From Promethearchaeia archaeon (GTDB taxonomy: Archaea; Asgardarchaeota; Lokiarchaeia; Sigyniarchaeales; SOKP01): 64,000 nucleotides of DNA. This document shows positions 27,953 to 37,304 of this stretch, piece by piece; position 1 is the stretch's first letter, and every line of letters begins with the position of its first letter. The stretch covers positions 288,001 through 352,000 of the forward strand of contig JAHQWG010000016.1 in the NCBI GenBank assembly GCA_029856045.1. The letters run 5' to 3'. The position numbers and the translations under genes are program-made. The notes under the pieces are model-generated. The model worked only from the letters and a program-made list of their open reading frames with translations, made no database searches and was not told where the DNA came from.

Positions 27953-29514
27953 TTAATTCTGGTTCATTTGTAATAAAAATAAAAGATTTTTCAGTGGAAA
28001 TTAAAAATAAATTTAATATTATTCAAGGCAAATTTCTTTCTCAGGATTTAAATCAACTTCAATTGGGCAATTATATCCACCTTCTTGATGATGTTCCAAA
28101 AATAAGCTTAGAAAAGTTACTGATTTTATATAAAAATAATTCAAAAGGACAGAAAAATCTAATTGACAATATTAATTTTATTGAATTTATAGCAAAATAT
28201 ACTCAAATAACTCAAAAAGATATTAAATTTTTAGATAAATATATCTCTTTTTTAGAAAGTTGTATTTCACTATTAAGATTAAACCAGCTCAATCTTGAAA
28301 AAAAAAAATTAAAAACCGAACTAAAAATTGCCCAAGAAAGAAATAAATCAGCAGAAATTTCTACTAAAATAACTCTATTAAATAAATTAAACGAATCAAT
28401 TAAAGAATACAACACTAGATTAAAACTTTTTGAAGAGGATTTTTTACCCATCAAAAATCAAAAAAAAATGCTTGAAGACAAACTTGGGAATTTAAAAAAA
28501 ACACAAATTGAATTTAGAAAAGAACAAAAGGATATTTTTAATAAGATTAATATTCTTACTCGAGAAGAAGAGAGCCAAAACAATGATCAAAATGAAAAAA
28601 TTGAGACCCTAAGGAAAAATGCTAAAATTCTAAGAGATAAAATTGATGATATCAAGCAAAAAATTGAAAATTCCCAATATAAATTAAATCAGAATTTGCC
28701 GAAATTTAAAGAATTTGATAAAATTTATCATAACCTAAAAGAAAATCTTGAAATTGATAAGAAAAAAATGAGAAATCTTCGAATAGAATTAGAAGAAGTT
28801 ATTGATTTAAATAAATTGGATGAATTAACAGAATCTGGTTTAAAAGAACTATCTTATATAAGACCGATAAGCTTAATCAAATCAAATATTGATAACATCA
28901 CTAATGAAATAATAAAAATTGAAAGTTTCAATCAAAAGTATTTTAAAAATAAAAATAATCTCTTAATAAAAGATTTAAAGATGTTTAAATCCAATTTAGA
29001 CAACTTTTTTTCGAATCAGTTGGAAGAATTCGATAGTAATGAGCTTGAAAGCAAAATAAAATCTTTAAAGAAATTAGGTATTTGGCTATATAAATTCCAA
29101 AAATTACTAAATGAATTTTTGGAAACGATTAATTTAAAAATCTCTATTGATTTTTTTTTAAATTTGACACCAAATTTTGCTAAAAATAGTCAGATTATTA
29201 TAAATTTCAAACGTTTTAAAGAAGAAGCTATCATTTATGATAATTTAACTACTCCTGAGAAGGTATTTTTTATAATATGTTTTTACTTAACCATTGAAAG
29301 TCTTAAAAATAAAAGAAACATCATTTTCACAAATCTTATAATACCTGAGGATTATAACAAAAAAGGTTCTATTTTTAGAACTTTAACAAAAATTATGCCT
29401 ATTTTTAATGAAAGTCCAGATTTAAAGGAGAAATCATTAACTTTTCTAATTTCTGGATTCAAACTAACAAAAGATATCAAAAATGTTCAAATATATAATA
29501 TAAATAATACTTAA
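27952..29514 (+). CDS. SMC/Rad50-like coiled-coil protein with degenerate ABC head motifs; start probably ATT at 27952
   Basis: N-terminal IKIKDFSVEIKNKFNIIQGK; ~250-aa coiled coil; C-terminal YDNLTTPEKVFFIICFYLTI (cf. LSGGEK) and IIFTNL (cf. Walker B), FLIS (H-loop strand). Confidence 0.65.
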   Translation: MNSGSFVIKIKDFSVEIKNKFNIIQGKFLSQDLNQLQLGNYIHLLDDVPKISLEKLLILYKNNSKGQKNLIDNINFIEFIAKYTQITQKDIKFLDKYISFLESCISLLRLNQLNLEKKKLKTELKIAQERNKSAEISTKITLLNKLNESIKEYNTRLKLFEEDFLPIKNQKKMLEDKLGNLKKTQIEFRKEQKDIFNKINILTREEESQNNDQNEKIETLRKNAKILRDKIDDIKQKIENSQYKLNQNLPKFKEFDKIYHNLKENLEIDKKKMRNLRIELEEVIDLNKLDELTESGLKELSYIRPISLIKSNIDNITNEIIKIESFNQKYFKNKNNLLIKDLKMFKSNLDNFFSNQLEEFDSNELESKIKSLKKLGIWLYKFQKLLNEFLETINLKISIDFFLNLTPNFAKNSQIIINFKRFKEEAIIYDNLTTPEKVFFIICFYLTIESLKNKRNIIFTNLIIPEDYNKKGSIFRTLTKIMPIFNESPDLKEKSLTFLISGFKLTKDIKNVQIYNINNT

Positions 29515-30045
29515 TTGAGAAAGAGAACAATGAACAATCCAAATATAAACAATATTGATAATTTAGTGAAAAAATTTTGTAAAATTTTTCTCATTAATGA
29601 AAAAAAAATGATAAGGGAAAGAGATCTTATTGAAATGTGCTCAAATCCAGAAAATTTTGATAATATTATTAAAAAAGTATATAATAATCTAAATAATATT
29701 GGATTTGAATTAGTTAAAACCTCGTACCTAGAAGAAAAATATTATATATTAACAACTGAAGGTAAAGAAAAAGCCTTATCTCCTATTCTTTATGGAATTC
29801 TCACATTAATCGTTGCTTTAAATAATGAAATAGGTGAAAATTTAAATTATTTCGAGTTAAAAAATATTCTAAAAGATGTATGGGAAAATGTTGAATATTT
29901 AATAAAAAATAATTATTTAGCTCAAATAAAGAGTAGAGATCATCATCTAATTAAAATTACTCCTATAGGTAAAGGTGTTTTAAAAAATATAATTTCTGAA
30001 ATTAATTTAAAAAAAATTTTAGAAATTTTTGAAAAGACAAATTAA
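29515..30045 (+). CDS. Tandem winged-helix kite-like protein (Nse3/MAGE/ScpB-like)
   Basis: FDNIIKKVYNNLNNIGFELVK..KYYILTT (WH-A); ILYGILTLIVAL..VEYLIKNNYL..IKITPIGK (WH-B); directly follows the SMC-like gene. Confidence 0.65.
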   Translation: MRKRTMNNPNINNIDNLVKKFCKIFLINEKKMIRERDLIEMCSNPENFDNIIKKVYNNLNNIGFELVKTSYLEEKYYILTTEGKEKALSPILYGILTLIVALNNEIGENLNYFELKNILKDVWENVEYLIKNNYLAQIKSRDHHLIKITPIGKGVLKNIISEINLKKILEIFEKTN

Positions 30046-30482
30046 ATACTCTTACCTTCCTTAAGATCAAGGACAAATTGTTCAGAAATCTTCTGTATTC
30101 TTTCTGCTGAGGGCCCTTCCCCAATCACTTCGATTTTTCCATCTTGTTCCTTAACCTTTATTTTCCCATTTAGAATACTTATTATAGATAATTCACTTTG
30201 ATAATCAACATGTCCTTTAGGGAATATTTTAGCAATTCGATCTGCCAATGCTTCCATAGGAAACGGCTCTTCTTCCACTGTAATCATTTTCCATACACCT
30301 GAATGCATAATAACCTTAGGAATTACTGCTCCTTTCTCGTTTTTAGCATTCTCAATTATAATATCACCAGAATCGGAAACACCTTTAAGAGTTCCCACAA
30401 AAAATTTATCATCAGATATATGAATTTTTACAAGTGCATCCAATAGATTACCAAGTTCTTGATTATAATTTCTTAGCATCAT
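30042..30482 (-). CDS. Sm-like (Lsm) protein with C-terminal domain (SmAP3-like)
   Basis: Sm1 VKIHISDDKFFVGTLKGV..DIIIENAK, Sm2 KVIMHSGVW, plus ~75-aa C-terminal domain. Confidence 0.8.
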   Translation of the reverse strand: MMLRNYNQELGNLLDALVKIHISDDKFFVGTLKGVSDSGDIIIENAKNEKGAVIPKVIMHSGVWKMITVEEEPFPMEALADRIAKIFPKGHVDYQSELSIISILNGKIKVKEQDGKIEVIGEGPSAERIQKISEQFVLDLKEGKSI

Positions 30483-30591
30483 AACAATTTATTCTAAGTT
30501 TTATTACAATTTATTCTTTTCTACTTTATGTTATATCGAAAGGAAAGGTAATCTCCCAAAATTCCTCCAAATGCAGTGAATTTCTAAAAAT

Positions 30592-31542
30592 TTAATCGAA
30601 TTGTCGAGAACGAAATTTAGAATAGTATATCAAATATGATGCTAAAATCCCCCCCAACTCACTGCAATAGATAACTATGTATATTGGACCATATAAAAAT
30701 CCAAATATTAAACCAGGAATTAATCTTATTAAGACTAAGAATATTAATAGTATTTTTCCTGACATTCTTACTGGAAAAAAGAAAACTAATAAAGTAAATT
30801 GCCTGTTCAAATTAGGAAATACAAGAAAAGATATTATACCTAAAATTGCGCTCCATCCTAATCCGATAGAATAATAAATGGAATCAATTTCATTTAAAGG
30901 ATAAAGGGGCACTAATAGGAATCTAAATAAAAGAAAAATCAAACCGGCTAAAAGTCCAGAAAAAATATATAATCCCAATAATAATTTGGTTCCGTACATT
31001 TGTTCAATAGTTCTAGCCATATTATATAGAAAAACAATCATAATAAATAAAAAAAATATCCCCAAAAATCCCTCAGCATAAACAATAAAGAGAGCCGTAA
31101 AAAATGTATGAAAATAATAATTTAAAACACCATATCCACTTAAATTTAGATATTGTGGTAAAAAAATTGCAATAATAGACATTATAACAAGTGTTATTAT
31201 GATAAAATTAGTTCCATTCATTTGGTTTGATCTCAAAAAGGAAAGAGGTGTTGTTTTCATTCTTTTTTTATGTTCTTTTTCTCTTTTTTTGAAAATCTTT
31301 CTTATCTCCTTCTCACTTAAATATTCACCTTCCTTATATAGTCTTTCTGGAGAAATATCTTTTTTTAATGAAATTTCTTTGGAAGTTATTGGAATTTCAC
31401 TAAATTTTGGTACATGTTTTAGCTCAAATGTACATTCGTGATTCTCAGGCAAGCGATGTTTTTTGCAGAAGTGATTTCCACAATATCTACATTTAAATGG
31501 AAGGTAAGGAATATCCTCCTCGCAATATGAGCATTTTACCAA
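30592..31542 (-). CDS. AN1-type zinc finger + rhomboid-like membrane domain (probably a pseudoprotease)
   Basis: [28 protein letters not shown]; 6 TM segments; GLGWSA and SELGG in place of GxSG and AHLGG. Confidence 0.82.
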   Translation of the reverse strand: MVKCSYCEEDIPYLPFKCRYCGNHFCKKHRLPENHECTFELKHVPKFSEIPITSKEISLKKDISPERLYKEGEYLSEKEIRKIFKKREKEHKKRMKTTPLSFLRSNQMNGTNFIIITLVIMSIIAIFLPQYLNLSGYGVLNYYFHTFFTALFIVYAEGFLGIFFLFIMIVFLYNMARTIEQMYGTKLLLGLYIFSGLLAGLIFLLFRFLLVPLYPLNEIDSIYYSIGLGWSAILGIISFLVFPNLNRQFTLLVFFFPVRMSGKILLIFLVLIRLIPGLIFGFLYGPIYIVIYCSELGGILASYLIYYSKFRSRQFD

Positions 31543-31583
31543 TTTTTTTCACCATTTAAAGTACTCATTAATAAATTATACTA

Positions 31584-32567
31584 TTAACTACCAAAATATG
31601 CAAAATGAAGTTCCGGGGTATATACTATACTAAACACAACAATTGCTAGTATCCCGAGAGCAACAACTAAAAATATCCAGACTTCTTTTTTCCACTTAAA
31701 TATATTAGCCCCATCTAAAATACCTATTGGAATTAAATTAAAAAGCCCCAATTGTGCATTGAAAAATGCAGCTAAGGCAACAAGCATATTTAAAGGATAT
31801 ATTGGAATATATAATGATGATATAAATAAAATTAAGCCGTAGATCAAGTTAACAAGTGGACCAGCCATTTTACATTTTCCTGTTCTGTCACTTATTTCTT
31901 CTAATCCCAAAACAACTACAGCGCCGGGTAAAGCTAAACTGGGAAAATTTATCCCTCCCATTAATGTAAAAATACCCATGATTAAACCAAATGATGTTAA
32001 TACCATTCCAAATGTTAATAATCTAAACTTTGTTTGCATTTTATAATGTTTTGCAACTTGCCGATGACCTAATTCATGAAATAGAAAGGCTGTAGTATAA
32101 AAAAATGCTAAAATAAATATAGCCCAGAGTAAACCCAATTCAACTAGTTCGAGACGGAAAAAGCTAATAAAGCCAATTACATAAATTAATGCTGCTCCGA
32201 TGACAAAATGAGTAAATTCCGACTTTTTTTGCCATAAAATTCCCGAAAATGTTATACCAGAATCTGGATCAAAAGCATTTTCTGGTATTTGACTCTCTTG
32301 ATGATACCAGACAAAACTCCCGTCTGTTCTGCCCCTATCATGAATGCTTGAATCAGCGACAGTGGAACTATAAACAGGTTGAGGCTGAGATGGTTGTTGA
32401 GGCGTACTATATAAAACTGGGGGTGCCACTGAGGTCGTGGGAACCCCAATTATTGAAGAACAGTCATGCATTCGAGGTTCTAAATGATAGGAACAATACC
32501 TATTATGGCATTTTTCACATTCAAAAACTTCTGGAAATTCATCACCACAAAATTCACAACTGGGCAT
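31584..32567 (-). CDS. AN1-type zinc finger + site-2 protease (M50) membrane metalloprotease
   Basis: CEFC..CEKC..YCSYHLEPRMHDC; HELGH, AGPLVN, FNLIPIGILDG. Confidence 0.88.
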   Translation of the reverse strand: MPSCEFCGDEFPEVFECEKCHNRYCSYHLEPRMHDCSSIIGVPTTSVAPPVLYSTPQQPSQPQPVYSSTVADSSIHDRGRTDGSFVWYHQESQIPENAFDPDSGITFSGILWQKKSEFTHFVIGAALIYVIGFISFFRLELVELGLLWAIFILAFFYTTAFLFHELGHRQVAKHYKMQTKFRLLTFGMVLTSFGLIMGIFTLMGGINFPSLALPGAVVVLGLEEISDRTGKCKMAGPLVNLIYGLILFISSLYIPIYPLNMLVALAAFFNAQLGLFNLIPIGILDGANIFKWKKEVWIFLVVALGILAIVVFSIVYTPELHFAYFGS

Positions 32568-32740
32568 ATTTAATCATGTTCTTAAATACTATTAAATTAT
32601 TCAAGGATGAAATTATATAATTCTAAAATAATTAAAAGTATTAATTTTTATTTAGAATATTTAGTCCTTTAACATAAAAAATTTTATGTTTTTAGTTGTG
32701 AAAATTTTAAAATTAGAAATGTATCTAAAAATCCGCGATT

Positions 32741-32914
32741 TTATTTTTCTAAATTTTGTTTTTTCCAAAAAGAAATAGCTTTATCTATAGTATTTTGAGA
32801 TAATCCTATCTTTTTATTATATTTAATTGATTTTTTTGATTGAAATACCGTTTTAGGTTTAAAAAACTGATCTTTTCTATATAAAATATCCCAATCGTAT
32901 ACACTCTCAGTCAT
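32741..32914 (-). CDS. Possible 57-aa hypothetical protein
   Basis: MTESVYDWDILYRKDQFLNLKRYFNQKNQLNIIKKIGLSQNTIDKAISFWKKQNLEK*; ORF only. Confidence 0.3.
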   Translation of the reverse strand: MTESVYDWDILYRKDQFFKPKTVFQSKKSIKYNKKIGLSQNTIDKAISFWKKQNLEK

Positions 32915-33159
32915 GTTGTAATTTATTTAGATTTAATCTTAAAATTTCATATCAGTTAGATGATTTAGTAAATTTTAATTTTGAAAAAAAAAAAGAAGAT
33001 AGAATATGAACTAAAATTTTTGCTAAAACTTAGAAATTCAACGTATTAATTAGACCTATCGCTCTTTACTATTTAAACAAATTCAAAATATTAATAAGCT
33101 TTATTAATTTAAAAGATCAAATATTTTCATAAGAATACTAAAAAATCAATGTATCTAAT

Positions 33160-33303
33160 ATGAGTGAAAATGAAGAAGAGGGAATGAGTAAAGAAGAAGT
33201 TGATAAAGAGCGGGAAAAATTAAAGGAACTTGATTTAGAGGATAAAAGTAAGGCAAGCTGGGATATATTAACGAAGTTAACTAAGAAGAAAAAGGAAGAG
33301 TAA
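33160..33303 (+). CDS. Small charged 47-aa hypothetical protein
   Basis: MSENEEEGMSKEEVDKEREKLKELDLEDKSKASWDILTKLTKKKKEE*; purine-rich, coding-like composition in an AT-rich spacer. Confidence 0.55.
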   Translation: MSENEEEGMSKEEVDKEREKLKELDLEDKSKASWDILTKLTKKKKEE

Positions 33304-33323
33304 TTCTTTAATTTTTAAAAAAC

Positions 33324-33602
33324 TTATAATTTCTCTATTTTCATGGTTTTGGAACATTTGGGGCATAATTCATCTTTTTCAGTTAATTTTACTTTAACCA
33401 TTGTTTTCTGATATCCACATTTTTTATTCTGACATTTTAATTTGAATTTTTGAAGCTTACCTAGAGGACTTTTTTTAATTAATATTTCCTTTTCATTGGA
33501 TTTAGGCTCTTCATCTGCCGAATCAATTTTTATTTCTTTAATTTTTGATTGCTTCTTTTTAGATGATTCTTTCAACCACTTATCCAAGCTAATTTTAAAC
33601 AC
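33324..33602 (-). CDS. Small Zn-ribbon protein
   Basis: CQNKKC..CPKC; N-terminal SLDKWL. Confidence 0.7.
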   Translation of the reverse strand: MFKISLDKWLKESSKKKQSKIKEIKIDSADEEPKSNEKEILIKKSPLGKLQKFKLKCQNKKCGYQKTMVKVKLTEKDELCPKCSKTMKIEKL

Positions 33603-33612
33603 CCAAATTTTT

Positions 33613-33807
33613 TTAAATTATTTGTGTATATCCAATTTCTCTGGCTCTTACATATATTTTATATGATAAATTTTCATAATCATTTAAAATATCTTTAATT
33701 TCTTCAAATGAAGGTTCTTCAAATAACTCCTTATAGTTTTCTCCAACACCATCTGAATATTGATATTGTTGAATGACATAATCCCCATTAAAATTAATTT
33801 TTTTTAA
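33613..33807 (-). pseudogene. Start-less fragment resembling the C-terminus of a radical SAM activating enzyme (NrdG/PflA-like)
   Basis: LKKINFNGDYVIQQYQYSDGVGENYKELFEEPSFEEIKDIL..KIYVRAREIGY*; in-frame TAA just upstream and no ATG. Confidence 0.4.
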
Positions 33808-33994
33808 CTTTTATAATATTCTTTTTAGCCTTTACTGATATTATTTCATTTATTTATTCATATTTACCTTTATTAACTTGACAAGAATAACTGATATAAA
33901 TTTGTATATAAATTTTAATTTTAAAGTATCATTCAATTTATAAAAAACAATATAAAAAAATAAAAAAAATTCTTAATGCTCTAATATATTTAAA

Positions 33995-35224
33995 TTAGTA
34001 AATTTGTTCCTTTCCTGCTACAAAACTTTCTCGTAATTTGAAAAAGGCTTCTTTAGAAAATCTCTTATCTACAACTTCTTTTACTACATTTTCTATACGA
34101 GAAAAAGCTACATTTGCTGCAGGTATGATAGAAACACTATTTACCCAAGGATCATTAATTGGTCTTCCAATTTGGCTTAATAACTTTACATGTGCCTCAA
34201 TTACATCCCCTTGACCAATTTCGATAATGTCTCTCGCAACGTGATTTGCAAGAACATTATAAATCTTACCAACATGATTAATGGGATTCTTTCCTGCTAC
34301 AGCCTCTAATGACATTGTTCTACATGGAGTTATTAAGCCATTACAGCGGTTTCCCCGTCCTACTTCACCATCATCCCCTGATTCTGCACTAGTTCCTGTA
34401 ATGGTTAAATACATTATATTCTTTTTAATAATATCAGCTACATTTACTTGACAAGTTACTTCTTTCTCTGGAATAATTTTAGCAGCTAAATCCAAAACTG
34501 CATCCTTAATTTGTTCACAATAGTTAATGTATTCATTAGAATCGTTTATATATTTAGAAACCATAGCACAAGCTAAAGTAATTCCAATTTTATTTTCAAT
34601 TCGATGACTCATAACTTTTATATCTTCTCCAGATGCTTTGCATTTGTTTTTAAACGCGTCAGAATTAATTAATCTTTCCGTTTCAAGTGTTATTCTTTCA
34701 CAATCACTCAAAGGTGCATATCCTACACCAAAACTAGTGTCATTAGCCATCGGTATGCTGTTCATAGAATCACTTTCATCAAAAAGCCCAGTTAAATCTA
34801 CAGAACCCGGTCGAACAGCATGATCAAAATGAATATCCTTAACTAAATCTAAATTTCTAAATACATCTTGGACAACTTGTTTAGTAGCTTCTAAACAAAT
34901 TGGTCCCACGGGAATGTATATCAATTCACTTCCATTCAAAATCTGATTTATAGCTCTCCCTACAAGTAAGAAATATTGAGGTTCTATTATAAGACCTCCT
35001 CCAAAAGTGGGTTTAGATATTCCTCCAACCAGTGCAGCTTTATCCACATTATGGTGATAATAGCGTTCGAAATTCTCTAAATAGTATTTACATAAGGCTC
35101 TTGATGAAGCTTCTGCAGCTGCATCGCAAACGGAATCAGGGTGTCCTAAACCCTTTCTTTCTACGATTTCAGGAAACTCCGATTTCTCAATAGGGTCTAA
35201 TTTTGATAAATCGATCTTTAACAT
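33995..35224 (-). CDS. mat: S-adenosylmethionine synthetase (archaeal type)
   Basis: EIVERKGLGHPDSVCD, ANDTSFGVGYAP, GEDIKVM, GTSAESGDDGEVGRGNR, GKNPINHVGKIYN. Confidence 0.97.
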   Translation of the reverse strand: MLKIDLSKLDPIEKSEFPEIVERKGLGHPDSVCDAAAEASSRALCKYYLENFERYYHHNVDKAALVGGISKPTFGGGLIIEPQYFLLVGRAINQILNGSELIYIPVGPICLEATKQVVQDVFRNLDLVKDIHFDHAVRPGSVDLTGLFDESDSMNSIPMANDTSFGVGYAPLSDCERITLETERLINSDAFKNKCKASGEDIKVMSHRIENKIGITLACAMVSKYINDSNEYINYCEQIKDAVLDLAAKIIPEKEVTCQVNVADIIKKNIMYLTITGTSAESGDDGEVGRGNRCNGLITPCRTMSLEAVAGKNPINHVGKIYNVLANHVARDIIEIGQGDVIEAHVKLLSQIGRPINDPWVNSVSIIPAANVAFSRIENVVKEVVDKRFSKEAFFKLRESFVAGKEQIY

Positions 35225-35420
35225 ATGTTAAACCATTTCTAATAGTAATTTTTTATATATAAAGCAATTTAATCCATAAAATAAATTCTTTTCTGTAATT
35301 ATAAACTCCCTTTTTTTAATATATTAAAATGTATTAGATTTAGAAAAAAATGGATTACTATTAAATTTACTAAACTTAATAAATTATATAGATTAATTTT
35401 GAATAAAAAATAAAATTGTC

Positions 35421-36209
35421 TTGGTGAAAGCTATATTCGAAACACAAATTCATATTGTATTTAATGCTGATGAGGAAGAGAGAATAACTTTCCCAATAAT
35501 AACTTCAAAACCTAATAAGCTATACTACTTTAAGGCTGATCCAACAAAATTGAACGCTGCTTATCTGTATGAATCCTTTTATGGAAAAAATATTGAAGTT
35601 TTAAAAAAGGAAGTCCCAACATTAGAAATAATAACAAACCTAATTGATTATACTGATTATTTCCAAATAATTCAAGAAATATCAAAAGTAATCAGCAACG
35701 AAAGGGAGCAAAATCCTAACTGTAAAATTTATATTAATATTTCTGCCGGTTCTAAATTAACTGCAATTGCTTCAATAGAAGCAGCAAGGATATGGGATTT
35801 AGAAACATACTATATCTTTTCTCAAGAAATAAGCTTTGGTGGAGGACCTAAGCATTCTGGCGAGATGAAATTTCTACCGATAAAAGGCTTTCCCATACAA
35901 AAACCTCGAAAAGAATTAATTAAGGTATTAAAAGTAATGGAAAAAATGATGGCTGGAGGTAAAAAATTTGTATATAAAAAATATTTATTGAATGTTTTAA
36001 AAGATGAAAGATTGTTGCAATTAGTCACGGAAAACCCTGATTTGACAAAAAATAAATCAAGTGAATATATGGCTCTTAATCAAAGATATTTAAATCCATT
36101 GGAAAGGGTATGGAAATTCATAAAAATTTCTGATGATAAACGAAATAAAAAAATATTTCTTACTGATGAAGGTAAGGAGATATTAAAAATTTTTAAATAT
36201 TATATATAG
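35421..36209 (+). CDS. CARF-like (Csa3/DUF6293-type) domain + winged-HTH regulator
   Basis: IYINISAGSKLTAIA CARF motif; C-terminal wHTH with wing KKIFLTDEGKEIL. Confidence 0.75.
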   Translation: MVKAIFETQIHIVFNADEEERITFPIITSKPNKLYYFKADPTKLNAAYLYESFYGKNIEVLKKEVPTLEIITNLIDYTDYFQIIQEISKVISNEREQNPNCKIYINISAGSKLTAIASIEAARIWDLETYYIFSQEISFGGGPKHSGEMKFLPIKGFPIQKPRKELIKVLKVMEKMMAGGKKFVYKKYLLNVLKDERLLQLVTENPDLTKNKSSEYMALNQRYLNPLERVWKFIKISDDKRNKKIFLTDEGKEILKIFKYYI

Positions 36210-36295
36210 TGTTTGAAATACTTTATATAAAATAAAATTAAATAAGTCCTTTATATTAAATATACAAATAAAAAAAGCGAGTAACTCTTATTTAA

Positions 36296-37303
36296 ATGAA
36301 TGATCCAAATTTTTATTCAAATGTAATAACTCAATTAAAATTAATATTAGAAAATAATGGTTTCACAATTTATTTACTAAAATCACTCAAAGAAAAGTTT
36401 TGTTTTGACATTCTTGCGAAAAATGATGCGTCTCTAATAGTTATAAAAATTATTTCTAATATTGATAATATTAGCGAGGATTTACTGGATGAATTAAAGT
36501 TTTTTTCTAAAATTGTACAAGCAATTCCTATTATAATCGGAGAAAAAAATCGAAGATCAAAACTAGAGAATAATTCTATTTATATAAGAAAAAATTTACC
36601 AATCATTAATTTTGAAACATTCAAGTTAATAATACAAGAAAAAGTTTTCCCCTACATCCTTGCAAAAAGAGGCGGAGGAACAATTTTCTTAGATGGAAAT
36701 CGATTAAGACTTATGCGAGAGGGAAAGGAAGTTTCTCGAAAGAACTTTTCTGATCTGATTGGAATCACTAAAAGGTCATTATGCTCCTATGAAAGAGGAG
36801 TAATGAGAACTTCAATTGAAACCGCAAATAAAATTAAAAAATTTTTTGATGATACGGTTATAAGGAAAATAAATATATTTAATTGGAAATATCATGTTAA
36901 TATTAAAGAATTTCTTGATATTAATATAGATAGGACTGAATTCCAAGAGCACTTAGAGGATATTCTAAAAGATATTGGTTTTTTTACTTTCTGGGCTAAA
37001 GATAATATTATTCCATACGATCTTTTTATCACATCTAAAAATTTAAAATCATTTGAAAAAATTGATGATTTTTATCCCGTTTGTTTTTCAATTAATCAAA
37101 AAACTCAGAAAATTAATAAGCCAAAAATAAAGGATTTAACAAAAATGTCTCAGATTTTACAGAAAAAGTATCTTCATATTGTTGAATATTACAAACCGTC
37201 AAATTTACCAGTTAATAAGATGCCAGTTATTCAAATAAAAGATCTTGAAAAAATAGATGACGAAGAAGAATTCAAAGATTTTGTAAAGGAATTAAAATTA
37301 TAA
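36296..37303 (+). CDS. Archaeal HTH transcriptional regulator (PD-(D/E)xK-like + Cro/C1 HTH)
   Basis: CFDILAK, IKIISNID, AKRGGG..LDGNRLRLMRE..SRKNFSDLIGITKRSLCSYERG. Confidence 0.85.
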   Translation: MNDPNFYSNVITQLKLILENNGFTIYLLKSLKEKFCFDILAKNDASLIVIKIISNIDNISEDLLDELKFFSKIVQAIPIIIGEKNRRSKLENNSIYIRKNLPIINFETFKLIIQEKVFPYILAKRGGGTIFLDGNRLRLMREGKEVSRKNFSDLIGITKRSLCSYERGVMRTSIETANKIKKFFDDTVIRKINIFNWKYHVNIKEFLDINIDRTEFQEHLEDILKDIGFFTFWAKDNIIPYDLFITSKNLKSFEKIDDFYPVCFSINQKTQKINKPKIKDLTKMSQILQKKYLHIVEYYKPSNLPVNKMPVIQIKDLEKIDDEEEFKDFVKELKL

Positions 37304-37304
37304 A

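Noticed and set aside
21168-30045. Canonical Wadjet (JetABCD) or Mre11-Rad50 system
   Set aside because: No Toprim/JetD or Mre11 nuclease motifs were seen, and the SMC-like protein lacks functional ATPase motifs.
30483-30591. Possible structured RNA or SECIS in the spacer before the Lsm gene
   Set aside because: Only short complementary patches were found, and no in-frame TGA selenoprotein candidate was seen in the adjacent genes.
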